Positions 1-12,555 of a DNA stretch of 64,000 nucleotides are shown here, piece after piece. The stretch's first letter is position 1. Every line of letters begins with the position of its first letter. The notes beneath the pieces were generated by a model, which searched no databases, was not told the DNA's origin, and was given only the letters and a program-made list of their open reading frames with translations. Position numbers and translations under genes: made by a program. The stretch is taken from contig MU058065.1 in assembly GCA_013265495.1 (NCBI GenBank), forward strand, positions 5,890,302 to 5,954,301, given 5' to 3'. The DNA is from Vicugna vicugna (Eukaryota).

Positions 1-1096
1 CTCACACCACCCACGCCCCCACACACCAGGGGTTTGTGTTTTGTCAGGAGCCTCATGTCAACTCAGCCATCTCCCTGGCAGCAACAGCTGCCAACCCAAA
101 ATACCAGAGCTGGTATTTATAGAGGAGAATGCATCCGGGAAACAAGAGCATAGGAGAGGACCTCTGAGGGGTGGGGGCTGGGTACCTGAGGGGACACGGG
201 TGTCAGAGGGCCGAGGGAGGCTTGGAGGGTGATGAGCCGCAATCACTTCCCACCCCCCATATTGCCTCAAGCCCCCGGCAGGAATGGAGCCCAGCAGAGC
301 GCTTGTCCATCCCTTTCACAGGCCCCCCTCCTTAGTACAAGGCACTGGCTGACCGCTAAGCACATCCCTACTTCTCCATGAATACTAGCTGTCTCTCTGC
401 ACCTCCACCAAGCCTCTCAGCCCTGACCTTTTTGAAGCGCAAAGCTTGGAAAGAGAAGGCTGCTCTTATCCTATCTCTGCCATGACCAGCAGACGTAATT
501 ACAAGCCGCCAAGTATTTACTTCTCTGTGTCCTCAACTATAAAGTGAGAATGTTCAGCCTGCCAATGTCTACTCTGTAGGGGTTTTAAGAAGCTCAGGTA
601 ACAATAGGCAAATAATAACACCTTACCTATGCTGAGCACCCCCCACCCATGACCCCGCATACTCTGCCACTCCTGTGAGGTAGGAACTAGTATCATTCCC
701 ACTTTAAAGCTCAGGAAGCTGAGGCAGCCTGACTCCAGAGCCATGCTTTGCCTCCAGGGTGGGTGTGAATGTGCCAGGTGAACTGTAAAGGGCTTTGTTG
801 CTGCTGTCTTTGCAAAAAAAAGCCCTTTCGCATTCAGTATCTCATTTTTATCCAAGAGACAAGCTTATGAGGTGGGTGGGGAGTTCCAGATATTCTTATC
901 CAACCTTCGAGTCAGTGCAAGCTGTTGTGTTCTGGTTATTTTTGTGTCTCTTCTCCCAAACTAGATTGTAGGCTCTTGGAGAATTTTAGAGACTGTGTGG
1001 ATCCTTAGCACATCCTAGGCAGCAGTGTCCTTGTTTTAGCTCAAAGTAGCCTGCAGGCTTTCTTTCCTATCCTTTTATTTTGTTAACAAATGCTAC

Positions 1097-1097
<1 letters not shown>

Positions 1098-1144
<47 letters not shown>

Positions 1145-1146
1145 AC

Positions 1147-1183
<37 letters not shown>
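1098..1183. repeat. (CA)n microsatellite, imperfect
   Basis: Direct reading. Confidence 0.95.
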
Positions 1184-1186
<3 letters not shown>

Positions 1187-3070
1187 TGGACAGGTGACTC
1201 AGCTCCCAGCCAGTCTTATAACGGCATTGCTTTGACTGCAGTGATTGGCTCAAGGGGTGGGCCTGGACCTGAGCAGGGCCAATCAGAGAACTACCCTGTA
1301 ATTTATAGATGGAACTGGGACTACTAAACTGGAGCCTATGGCAACCATGTCTCCTGCCCACTGGGGAGATCTTTCTGGAGTAGGAAGAGAGGTCAGCACG
1401 CCAAGAGAAGCACAGAAACCTAGAGAGGAGGAGAATGTGGTGCCAGAAGTCCTAAATTCCATCCCCTAGGGCCCTGGTTCTGCAGCTCTTCCCTCATTTT
1501 GTGAGCTCCCCCAGTGTCCCTCCTAGTTTTGAGGCCAATAAACTTTTCCTTTTTATTTTTCCACTTAAGACACTTGGGATTACTGTCACCTGTAACCCAA
1601 ACAATCCTAATTAATCTACTATAGGAAACTGTGCACCCATTTCCATGACAGAACATTTCTGAGACTTCTCTCTGTGAACACTCTCCACAAGTCAGGAGGA
1701 AACTGCCGTTCATGCCAGCCCGAGGCCTTAGTTCCTTGGTGAAATGAGGCAGTAAACAAATAAATAAATTATGCTATCTATTCTCTAGTCAAAATCAACA
1801 TCTACCAGACTTGGCTCTGAGCCATTTGGAGCTGTTCCCAAAATCTGATACCACCCCTAAGGATTTGCTACCATGGAGGACAGCAAAACAACACTCTGAG
1901 GCTTGGGAGGCAGGTGAAAAGAAGAGCATTCCAAATCGTGCTCTGAACCAGGCAGCACCTCTCAAATAAGAGACTCTCCAAGGGACTACTTCCAACTGGA
2001 CATGCTAAAAATAATAATTTATCTGGATAGGTAACATACTTGGCACAAAATTTCAGAGGTCCCATTATGTGAGTGGCTTTTTCTCTCTGTTGGTAATATC
2101 CTTTGATGCACAATAGGTTTTAATTTCGATAAACTCCAATTTATCTATTTACTGTTATATTGCCTGTGCTTTTAGTGTCATATCCAAGAAATCATTGCCA
2201 AATCCAATATGAGGAATATTAGCCCCTGTGTTTACATCTAAGAGTTTTACAGTTTTATGTCTTTGACCCATTATGAGTTAATTTTCGTATGTGGTATAGG
2301 GTAAGGATCCAACTTCATTCTTTTGCATGTGAATACCTAGTTTTCCCAGTAAAAAGACTGTCCTTCCCCCCTAATTGAAAACCATTTAGCCATACATGCG
2401 AGGATTCATTTCTGGACTCTCTATTCTATTCCACTGATCTATATATCTGTCCTCACACCAGTACCACACTGTTTTGATTACCATAATTTTGCAGTGAGTT
2501 TTGAAATCAGGGAATGCAAGTCCTCCAACTTTGTTCGTTTTCAAGATATTTTGGTTATTCAGGATTCATATTGAGATTCAATATGAATTTTAGATAGAAT
2601 AGATTTTTCTATTTCTTAAAAAAATGGTGGGATTTTGATTGGGATTCATTAAATCTGAAGATCGCTTTGGGTAGTATCAACAGCTTAACAATATTAAGTC
2701 CTCCAGTCAATGAACACTGGATGTCTTTCCATTTATTTATTTCTTCTTTAATTTATTTCAGCAATCTGTTATAATCTTTAATGTACAAGTCTTGTGTCTC
2801 CTTGGTTATGTTTATTCCTAAATATTTTTTTCTTTTTGATGTTATTGTAAATCAGATTGATCATGAGGGGTTTTCCTTTCATTCTGTTAATGTGGTATAT
2901 TATACTGATTGATTTTCGTATGTTGAATCATCCTTCCATTCCAGGAATAAATCCCTCTTTGTCATGTGTATAATCTTTTTAATATGCTGCTGAATTTGGT
3001 TGCTAGTATTTTGTTGAGAATTTTAACATCAATATTCATAAGGAATATAGACTTGTAGTTTTATTTTCTT

Positions 3071-3318
3071 TTTTTTTTTTTTTATCATTTTACAGTGTTG
3101 TGTCAAATTCCAGTGTTCAGCACAATTTTTCAGTCATTCATGGACATATACACACTCATTGTCACATTTTTTTCTCTGTGATTTATCATAACATTTTGTG
3201 TATATTTCCCTGTGCTATACAGTGTAATCTTNNNNNNNNNNNNNNNNNNNNNNNNNNNNNNNNNNNNNNNNNNNNNNNNNNNNNNNNNNNNNNNNNNNNN
3301 NNNCCCCCCCCCCCGGTA
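3071..3318 (-). mobile_element. Young lineage-specific L1 3' end spanning an assembly gap
   Basis: Poly(T) followed by camelid/artiodactyl-type L1 3'UTR; perfect 17-bp TSD TGTAGTTTTATTTTCTT at 3054-3070 and 3319-3335. Confidence 0.8.
3232..3303. other. Assembly gap (72 N)
   Basis: Run of N characters. Confidence 1.
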
Positions 3319-6300
3319 TGTAGTTTTATTTTCTTATATTACTATGTCTGGCTTTGGTATCAGGCTAATGCTGGCCTCAAAGAATGTGTTAGGAAATATT
3401 TCCTTTTTTTAGCGTTTGAGAAGAGTTGGTGTTAATTCTGAAATATTTGGTAGAATTCACCAACAAGGCTATCTGGTCCTGCTCTTTTTTTCACTGAGAT
3501 CTTTTGAGTCATTCTTCTTAATATCCTCATTTGTATTTCACTGTATGGATTTACCATAATTTTTTGACCAATTTTTTTATTGATGGAAATTTATATTGCT
3601 TCCAATCTTTTGCTATTATAAACAATGCTGCTATGAGCATCCTCAGGACAAATGTTCAAATATACAAATTTTGGTAAGCTGTTCTTTTTTAAAAAAAAAA
3701 AACATTATTTTACGGTCACACCTCTCACCTGAGCTAAATGATATTGGAAATAGGAAGGTCTTCCAAGACAGACCATTTTGTTCAGTGTTTGTCAGAAAAA
3801 GGAGACAATTTATAAATTTAAGTACATGATATGCAGCCTTGTACACTGAGTGTTAGCAATATATTTTGTTGAATCAATTAAAGGAAGTCAGACCTGATAC
3901 TTGATTGAAACCTTCCCAGATTACTCCAAACTTGGAAAGTCTTGGAAACTTATGGTTGGAGGTAACTTCACAGGTCACAAGATCAACCAGTCCCCTGCCC
4001 CCACTTCTCAGTTAAGGCTTAAATATTTTCTACTGTGATTCCAGCAAGTACTGTTCCAGTTTGAATCCCTCTACTGCCTGGGAACTTGATGTCGTCAGGC
4101 AGCCCATTCCACTCCACAAAGAGCACTGGGTACCTGACATATCTCCTTCATGGGTCGGTGGACAGCTCTGCTGTTAGAAAACATTTCCTTATATTTGAAC
4201 CCAGGTGATATGATGTCTCTGCTATGCCTCTTATTCTGCCCTGGGAGCCAAACAGAGCAAGAAGAAACCTCTTTCACAGATCTACTCTTCAAATATTTGG
4301 GGACAGTGTTCATGCCTCTTGGAGACTATGCCTGTTTCACCATTCCCAATTTCTCCCCCTTCCCTGAACTAATGAACCAGCAAAACCCAAACTCCTCATA
4401 GCCTTCAAGGCCCCACAGAACTGGCCCTGCCCACCTTGCCAACCTCAGCTCACTCACGTCTCCTTTGGGTTCACTTCACTTCAGCCATCTTGTCCTCTTT
4501 TCTGTTGGGTAACACTGCCAAGCCCTTCCCTGCCCTCCCCAAAGGTCAGTGACCAGAGGGCTTGTGGATGCTTGGGCAGGTCTCTGAACTTCATAGAGGG
4601 CTCCCTGGAAGACAAGGGCCCTGGCTTCCTACAGAACATCACAGATCTCATGGATAGCATGGATGGGGGGAGGTGGCTTGTATGTGTGGAAGGCTGGGGT
4701 GGGGACACTGACTTGGCCAGCACAGGGCATTTGGATTGAGGAAAAAACTGAAAGGAGTCAAAAAGGAGAGAACCAGAAGTGACTTTTCTACCTTGTCCTG
4801 CCTAGGAGTGTCTCACTCACCCCTGGTCTACTCTAGGATCCGTGTGAGACGGTGCTGATGCCACCCCATGGTGTGCCCTCCCTCCACTGACTGACCCCGA
4901 CCTCCAGGGTTGCCTTTGTCCCTTCGTTCAGGGCCCATCCTCCTCCTCTTTCTGTTTCCCAGCCTAGGACCTAGTTCTCCCATCCCAAGCTGGGTCATGG
5001 GATATAGCCATTGCATGAGAGCCTTCAGGACAGTGTGGCAGGGATAAACTCTGGGACCCTGGCTCTTGCCTTTAGCATTTGGTGGGGAGGTGGGAGGCCC
5101 AAGCATGGGGGTGTAGAGGTGGGGTGGTCAGCCAGATGCTAAGATGTGGGGATTTATTCTGGTGGTTCACCAACTAACCATCTGTACCACTTGGGCAAGT
5201 CCCATTTCCTCTCTGGCCCTGTCATGCCCAGGTGTGAAACAGGACCAGGCTGGGCCATCTCTGGAGCCCCCCAGCTTAGGACATCCTGAGTCTCTAGGCC
5301 CAGGGGGTGGGACATTGAGTGGCCCCGGCTGAGCCCTCGCTGCATCAGTGCTCCCAGAGCCCCTCCCTCCAACAGTCCCCTTCTGTGCTGCCAGCCTCCC
5401 CCCATCCACCTTCCTCTCCGTTGTAGTGGCTGCTTAACCTCCACAGGCGGCTGAGGAGCCCGGAGTGACTGTAAAAGGGAAGGAATGTCCAGAGGCAATT
5501 GTTTCTTCCTGATATCACCCGGGGGAGGTTGAGTTGGGGGGCCCAGCTGGAACGGTGGCGTCAGGATTCTCCCTGAAATTCATCTCCCCCGTGCTGCACA
5601 GGCCCCCCTGCCCCAGGCTCAGCTAGCAACCCACCCCCTCTCATCTGCCACTCTCTGCATCTCATTGGTTTAAGACCTACAGGCCTCCCTCTCCCAACTT
5701 TCTCCACCTCCTGACCCCAGACCCTTTCCTGGGCCTCTTCTTTCATGACACCTCCCCCCCAGTTCTTGTAAATCCTCCTCCTCCTCAGCACCCCCACACC
5801 CCACACCCCTGACCTAGCTCCTTCTCTGGGAAGCCCCACAGCCCAGCTTCAACCCCCTCCAGCCCTGCACTCCTTTTACAGACATGGAGTGCTTCAGGTT
5901 TTCTGCCAAAGTAGGAGAAGTCCGAGGCTAATCTCACCTCCTCCCAGCTCCCTCCCAACTTCTACCAAATAGGATGCCTTCCAGGCTGGGGAGGAGGAGG
6001 AGGAAGGGGGGTGAAATTGAGTCTCAAGGGGAGGAGCTAATGAGATGGGGGAGGTGAAAGCACTTTATGGACTCTAAACATCCTGGAAATTTAAGGTGTT
6101 ATTCGCTTCAGTAAGAGATTTGGGACAGGGAGGATGGGGATGAAAGTCAGGTTGAGGGAAGAAGATGAGAAGGCTTTGCTAGCATTGAGGAAAGCTCCCC
6201 AGGAAGGCATCCTGATGGATGGCAGCAGTGGCATGGCTGGGAGTCAGGGAGCAGGAGTCCTGGCCTACCCTGGATAAGTGTGTGACTTTGGACTGGCTGC

Positions 6301-7809
6301 CTCCCCTCTCTGGGTTTCAGTTTCTCCTGGCTTAAAGTGAAATATCCTGGACATCCCTCCCTGTTCTGACCTGCAGGAGAGGAGTGAGAGAGGCCCTTTT
6401 CTTTTCAAAAGGTGCCTCTCTCGGCTGCCTCGCCGTTTTGCTCACACAGACTCACCAGCAAGCTAGACCTAGACCATTGGCACATCCCCAGAACAGATCC
6501 AATCCCACCATATGTTGATGAGATGTGGCTACCCCTGCCAGCAGAACTGGACTCAGCCTCCTCTGCAGACACATAAGTTCCCTACCTCCAGGTTCCTCCT
6601 GACAGCCAGCCCTCCTCTCTTCCCTCTTCCCTGGCTCCTGTCCTCACTGTATGGGGACTTGGTCCTGCCCAACAAAACGGATGCAGCCCCCACCCTCTTA
6701 CGGGCTCCCAGAGTCTCATTTGTCCCGCATCTCTCTCCCCACCACATCCAGCCATCTCCCCACCATCCCCAGCTGTCTGTAGGAGATACCCCTGAACTTC
6801 TGCAAATCCCCCCCCACCCGCCCTGTCCTGAGCCGTTTCCTGAAGAGGCAGAGGAGCCCTCTTTCCCCAGCACAAACATGCACCCTCCCCTAGTTGACAA
6901 CCCCAAGGAGAGCAGAAGAAAACTCTTCTTGACCAGACTAGGGTATGTCGGGGTGGAAGGGGTGAAGGGGTGTGAGAACTGGGGTGGGAAGGAGTCAGGG
7001 TGAGTGGGGAGCCACTGAGATAGTACAGGGTGGCACTCAGTCCTGCTCCAACCTCCATAGAAGGGGACTTCACAGGCTTCTTCACCTACCCACGGACTCA
7101 CACTCTAGAGAGCTGCTCAAGGCCTAACTCTAATCCCTCCGCTAAAATGTAAGCCCCTTCTTTCCTTCTTAGACCTTAACCCAGATAGAGAAAAGTAGCT
7201 TCCTTTCCTCCCTGGAGTTCTCTGCCAGGATCTTAGTGCCATCACTCAGCCTTCTCTTCTCCCTGATTCATCCCCATTCCTTTCATCTTTCCTCATAGGC
7301 TTTTTCTGGTTTTAGCCCCTCCAGTTTGGTCATATCCCTGCTGTCCTGGGTGCTTTCCAGGTTTCCTACATCCCTCTGAGACTGTGGAGTGCTTTAAACA
7401 GGGCCTGAGCAGGCTGGCAATGACCTCACGGGGCCACTATGCACGGTTGCTATCTATAGCCTTATAGGATCATCCTCCTTTTCCTCTAGGCAGCTGAGTC
7501 ACAGTCAGCTTGGGGTCCCCTCAGACCCCAGGGCCTTCTCTGCCACTCCAGACCACAGTCCATTACAGCATCCTGAGTTGTTCTTACTGCTGGGTAGGAT
7601 GATTATTCTCTGAAACGTCTAAATACACAATGAAAGTGAGTCTTGGGTTTCAGAAGACACCCATTCTCAGACCCTCAGTGTTGTTATAGCCCAAGTTCTC
7701 TATCTTCTCACATCTGTCCAGATCGACAGCCAGTGGCCTAAGTTCCACTTGACTCTGCAGAGGTACAGGCAAGGTGAGGAATTTGGGGAGCAGCTGCTGG
7801 GCTGGGTTC

Positions 7810-8380
7810 AGATTGGATCTACCACTCTTGGGTGAGTTGCTTCATCCCTCAGAGCCTTAGTTTCCTCATCTGTAAAATAATAGCAGCATAGGGTGTGGGG
7901 GAAGATTAAATGAGAAAATGTCTATAAAGTGCTTAGCACAGTGCCTGTCACACAGTGAGTGTTCAGTAAGTGCCAGCCATTACTACTGTTTTGTTGCCCT
8001 TGGACAGATAAGGAAACTGGTTCATGGAAGTCCAGGGACTGGCTTGAGTCTTTGCTTCAGGAGAGCAGGTGTAGGGCCAAGATTCATAGCCAACACTGCC
8101 TAACTCCAAAGCTTCACTCCAGAGCTCTCTATTACAGGATGTGCTGCCTCTGATAATAGCATAGCTACCACTTATTGAGTGCCTATTGTATACTAGACAT
8201 GGTATTCTGGACACCTGCTATATCAAATCACTGTACCTCTAACTAATCTTTACAACCCTGGGAAGTAACTATGAGCCTCATTTTACAGTTAGTATACTAG
8301 GCTCAGAGAGGTTAGGTAAGTTCCCTAAGGTTGCACAGCAAGTAAAAACAAAGTCTGGATTTGAACTTTAGCTGATGGCT
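7810..8380. mobile_element. Pair of MIR SINE remnants in opposite orientations
   Basis: CCTTAGTTTCCTCATCTGTAAAAT...AAAGTGCTTAGCACAGTGCCTG (7810-7985) and CATTTTACAG...GGCTCAGAGAGGTTAGGTAAGTT (8150-8380); other MIR remnants near 10230, 20270, 26940, 36610, 57330 and 62500. Confidence 0.7.
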
Positions 8381-11300
8381 CCTAGAAACCCAGCTCCTCT
8401 CTCTATGTGGTAGCTAAGGCCTTGCCATATACTGACTTGACAGGCTTAGCTATAGTCTTTCCCCTTTTAACTTGGCCCTGTCCAGGGATCTCCGCTGAAA
8501 AGTCCCTTGTCCAGTAATGGGCAAGTCCCTCTGAACACTGTGCCCTGCTCCTCTCCCCAACCCCACTGCCCTCCAGAGAGGGGCCCGGGCTTGGAAGGTG
8601 CAGGTTTCAGGAAGTCTGGCCTTCATCCCACCAGAGCTAGGGGGCAGTGAAGATTTCCTATCCAGGGAATAAAGGGGCCAGTGGGGGCCACTCTGCCTTG
8701 TGTCACCCTCAGGCCAGCCAGGCACAGGGCTCCCCCGCAGGCTGGAGGGGCTCCCCGAGTGCACCCTGGCCTCAGACTGCCCCCAACTGGCCTGGGAGGA
8801 GGCCTCAGGCAACAGCATGCACAATTCTGTCCTGAAGAGGTGGCCTGGAGGACTGGGACCAGGGACTGAGCTTGGTCCTGTGGCCTCGGGGTTCAAAAGA
8901 AACTCTGGGGTCCACTGCCTCAGCTGCCCAGCCCCAGAGGTGCCAAGAGACATCCCAGATACACTCCCCTTCCCAATTTTAAAGATCCTGAGGGATTCAA
9001 TTTGTTAAAAACAGAGCGCTGGTGTTCTTCCTCCCCACCCATAGTCAGAACTCTACCCCACAACCGTCCCAAAGGGCCCCTGACGCCCCCTCCCCATCCA
9101 GCCTCAAAGAGATGGGCCAAGCTCTCCCTCTGCCCTTCTCCAGGCTCCCCAGCCACGCTGGGCACCAGAATAGACCACTGACCACCTGCCCCGGGGGGCT
9201 GGGCGGGGCCACAGCCGGTGTTGCCACTCAGGCTGGGGTAGGGGATTGGAAGGCGGGGCGAGGACTGCACTAGGGCGCTCCAGGGCCCCAGGCGATTTCC
9301 AGCGGCTTCTCTGTGTGGTGCAAAGGGCTCTCCACCGACACCGGACCGACAACTTCCCAGCCTGGACAAGGCTTGGAGCACCAGACACTCTCAAGATAGG
9401 GCTCAGGCCGAGTTTCGGGCCCCAGCTTCTTCCGCCTCTGTCTCCGGCCTCCGTTTCTCCCCCTCTCTGGGCTCTGCCCACTTGCCCTCACCCCCACCTC
9501 AGGTCTTTCTTCACCACCCCTGTAATCTCAGCCCCTCGACCCCAACTCCGGATCTCTGGGTCTCTACCCCTTCCCCTCCCCCAGCTCCATCTAAGTGAGA
9601 ATGCCCTCGCTCGGTGACCTCACATTCCAGCCTGACTGGGGTCAGGAGGGCTTCCTGCCTGATGTGAGATCCCTGCCCCCACCCTTAGCTCCCGGCAGCC
9701 TCTCCAGACCGTCCGGCTGCTGCTGGCCCTTTGCAGTTCCCTTCTTGAACCTCCCCCAGCCCCAGGCCCAATTTAGCTCCTTAATCTTCCCTGTAATCCA
9801 ATCTGACCATTTCCTGAGCACACACTGCACTTCCCAAACTGCCAGTCCCTGGAGAGGGGTGGGGTGGGGGCCGGACAGCTTCCGCTCTTCCCAACACCAG
9901 AGCACCCCCACCCCACCCCATCGCGGGCACTCCTGCTGTACCCCGCTTCTTTTCCCCACTCCTAGGAGGCCCCAGGGAGCTCTGGTTGCGCAGGCCTCTG
10001 CCATCTTGACTCCATAGCCCAGGCCTGAGACCATTCTGACTCCTCGCCTCTTGTTTTCCCACCTCCGAGCCTTTGCCTGTGGTGTTCCCTCTGCCTGGAA
10101 CACCCTCACCTCCACGTGCACTTCTTGTGAAACTCTACCCCCTCCTCTCTCCCGGCCAACTCCAGCCCGGTTTCCCAAATTCCAGAGACCACCTGGGCCT
10201 CTAATCCCATGTCTACCTCTCACCAGCCAAGTGACCTGGGGCAGGTTGCTTCCCTCTCCAAGTCTCCATTTCCTCATCTGTAAATGGGAATCATAATAGT
10301 GCATCCCTCCCTTTACTTTATATAAAGTGATTAGAACAGGCACTGGGAAATGCTATTTAAGTGTTAAACAAAAATTATCTTTTCCTGCCTTGTATTACAA
10401 TGACTTTATTTCCTCCCAAGTTAAGACACCATGAATTGTGAAACACTTCATTTATTTGATAGCATCATTTCAAGGGGAGAAAAAGAAACATTACCATATG
10501 AAATGTACAAATTGTAAGCCATCTTCCAATATCATACATGTGTAAACTGTTCAGTAACAGTCTATGTGTAGCATCCTCGTCTCTCTGCTTTTGTCCAGTC
10601 AGTCCCCTTTTCAGCTTCAGGTACATTAATTGTTCATGGTCGGTGCCCAAGGGCTTGGGTTCAAGTTCTTACTCCCAAATTGTATTTAGCTAGGGGAACT
10701 TAGGTAAATTTCTTGGCTCCTTTAAGCCTCAGTTTTTTCTGAATAGCCAAAGTAATTCACAACAATCGTAGTGAATATTAAACAAGGCAATATATGTTTA
10801 AGGCGTTTAGCGCCTTATTGAATATTCAATCAGGAGAGCTATCAGTATTGTGATGATTTTAAAACGTTTGCTGAATCTCGGCTCTCCAAAGACGTGAGAG
10901 ATGGAGGAGAGCTGGTATTTCATGGTCGAAGTGCCCTCCAGTGGTCATGTAGGGAAACTGCAGGCTTCTGATATGCTTGGAAAGTCTTTCCTTTGCTAGT
11001 CCAGGAACTAACTCAGCCACCCCCACCCCCAGATCAGGCCTATCCAACCCTCTTAGAATTCTACACATTATCTTTCCTTTTACAGAGGCCTTAAGGTATT
11101 TTTAAAAACACTTAATAAGATAAGAGACTGGGAGCAGAGCTTTAGCCTAGGAAGGCTACAGCCTGGAAGTAGACTGTCACTCAAAGCTTGTGGGCCCAGG
11201 GCCCTGAGACAGGAAGGCAGAGTGGTGGAGAGCTGTGTCTTGGGCATCAGTTCTCCTCTGGCCTGGACACTGATATCTGGACTGTGAGAGACCCTTCTTG

Positions 11301-11451
11301 CTGCTCACATCCAAAAATCTAGCACAGAACAAGTATAGCCCATTCCAAATATCCGCTTCTGTGTTTTGACAGATTTGTAGTTTGTTCATCCTTTCTTCCT
11401 TCCCTCACTCCTCCTCCCTCCCTCCCTCTCTCCTTCCTTCATCCCTTCCGT

Positions 11452-11934
11452 CCCAGCTCAAGGGCCAACTCCACATTGTCCATCAATATTTATTGAATAC
11501 TGGCTCTGTACCAAGCCTCACGTCCTAGGTGTTGGGGGTTAAAAAGATCAATCCTAACACAGACACAAACATACCACCAAGAGTTGTTCACAATGTCCCA
11601 GACACCACATGCAGAGTTAATCCTTGCATTTGAGTGTTTACAAGCTTCTCCATGTGGCTGAGTGGGAGGGCAGAGGCAGGGACATCAGATCCAGGCTACC
11701 TGATTTCCCTGATGAAATGTGTGGAAGATTTGTCTGGCCAAGTTTTAGGGCTGACGTCCTCCTCTTGGACCACACTGCTCCTCTGAGAAGTCCTCCCCAT
11801 CTCAAACACTGACCAAACTCCCAGTTCCCCCTGAACTCCCTTCCCTTCCCCCACCATTGCCCTTTCCCCGGGGCTGAGAGTCAGCCAACACTTAGCATCT
11901 AAACCCAGCTCAAGGGCCAACTCCACATTGTCCA
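11452..11934 (+). repeat. Perfect 31-bp direct repeat (11452-11482 and 11904-11934)
   Basis: CCCAGCTCAAGGGCCAACTCCACATTGTCCA occurs twice, 452 bp apart. Confidence 0.9.
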
Positions 11935-12254
11935 GCAGTGAGAGGAAGGAGGCGTCCTCTAGAGTCATTGCTTGGGAGAGTAGCTGGAGGTACTCAGGGT
12001 CTGTCTTTTCGAAAGATGTCAGGAGCCGGAGGAAGAGATGGGTGAGTGATGTGTGCATTGTTCCTGGGACTCTGTTGCCTCCTTGAGCTGCCATCCTCTC
12101 TCCTTCCCTTCATGATCAAACTTCTCAAATGACTTCCCACGCCCTTCCTCAGTGCCCTCTTGCTTGCTCCTAATCATTCCATTTCCCCAGAAATCTTCTC
12201 AACTGTAGTAGCACAGGCTACTGGTCCCTTAGTGGGTTCCCTCAACTCCTAGAC

Positions 12255-12555
12255 CAGTGCTGTCCAACAGAAACAAAATGGGATTTTTTAAATAAATGTC
12301 ATTTCCAATGTTCTAGATGCCACATTTTAAAACGGTAAAAGAAACTGGTGACATTAACTTTAATAATATATTTAACCCATGTATCCAAAATATTATCATT
12401 TTAACATGTAATCAATAGCTTCAAATTGAGATATGTTACATGTTTTTCATAATCCTACATATACAATATTTTATACATTTAGCACCTTTCAATTCAGACT
12501 AGGCCACCTTTTAAGCTACTCAGGTGGCTGGTTGCTAGTGTATAGGGCAGTGCAG
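12255..12555. mobile_element. MER3/MER33-like hAT-Charlie element
   Basis: CAGTGCTGTCCAACAGAAA...GCCACATTTTAAAA...TTAGCACCTTTCAATTCAGACTAGGCCAC...GGGCAGTGCAG. Confidence 0.65.

Larger units (their letters stand above)
2080..3510 (-). mobile_element. Old L1 (L1M) ORF2 fragment, interrupted by a younger L1 3' end
   Basis: Typical antisense L1 ORF2 motifs (TCCAACTTCATTCTTTTGCATGTG, CCAGTACCACACTGTTTTGATTAC, CCAGGAATAAATCCC). Confidence 0.85.

Noticed and set aside
9642..10343. 233-aa minus-strand ORF, the longest in the track
   Set aside because: It starts in a MIR (HLQMRKWRL) and runs through L2-like and GC-rich sequence; no recognisable protein.
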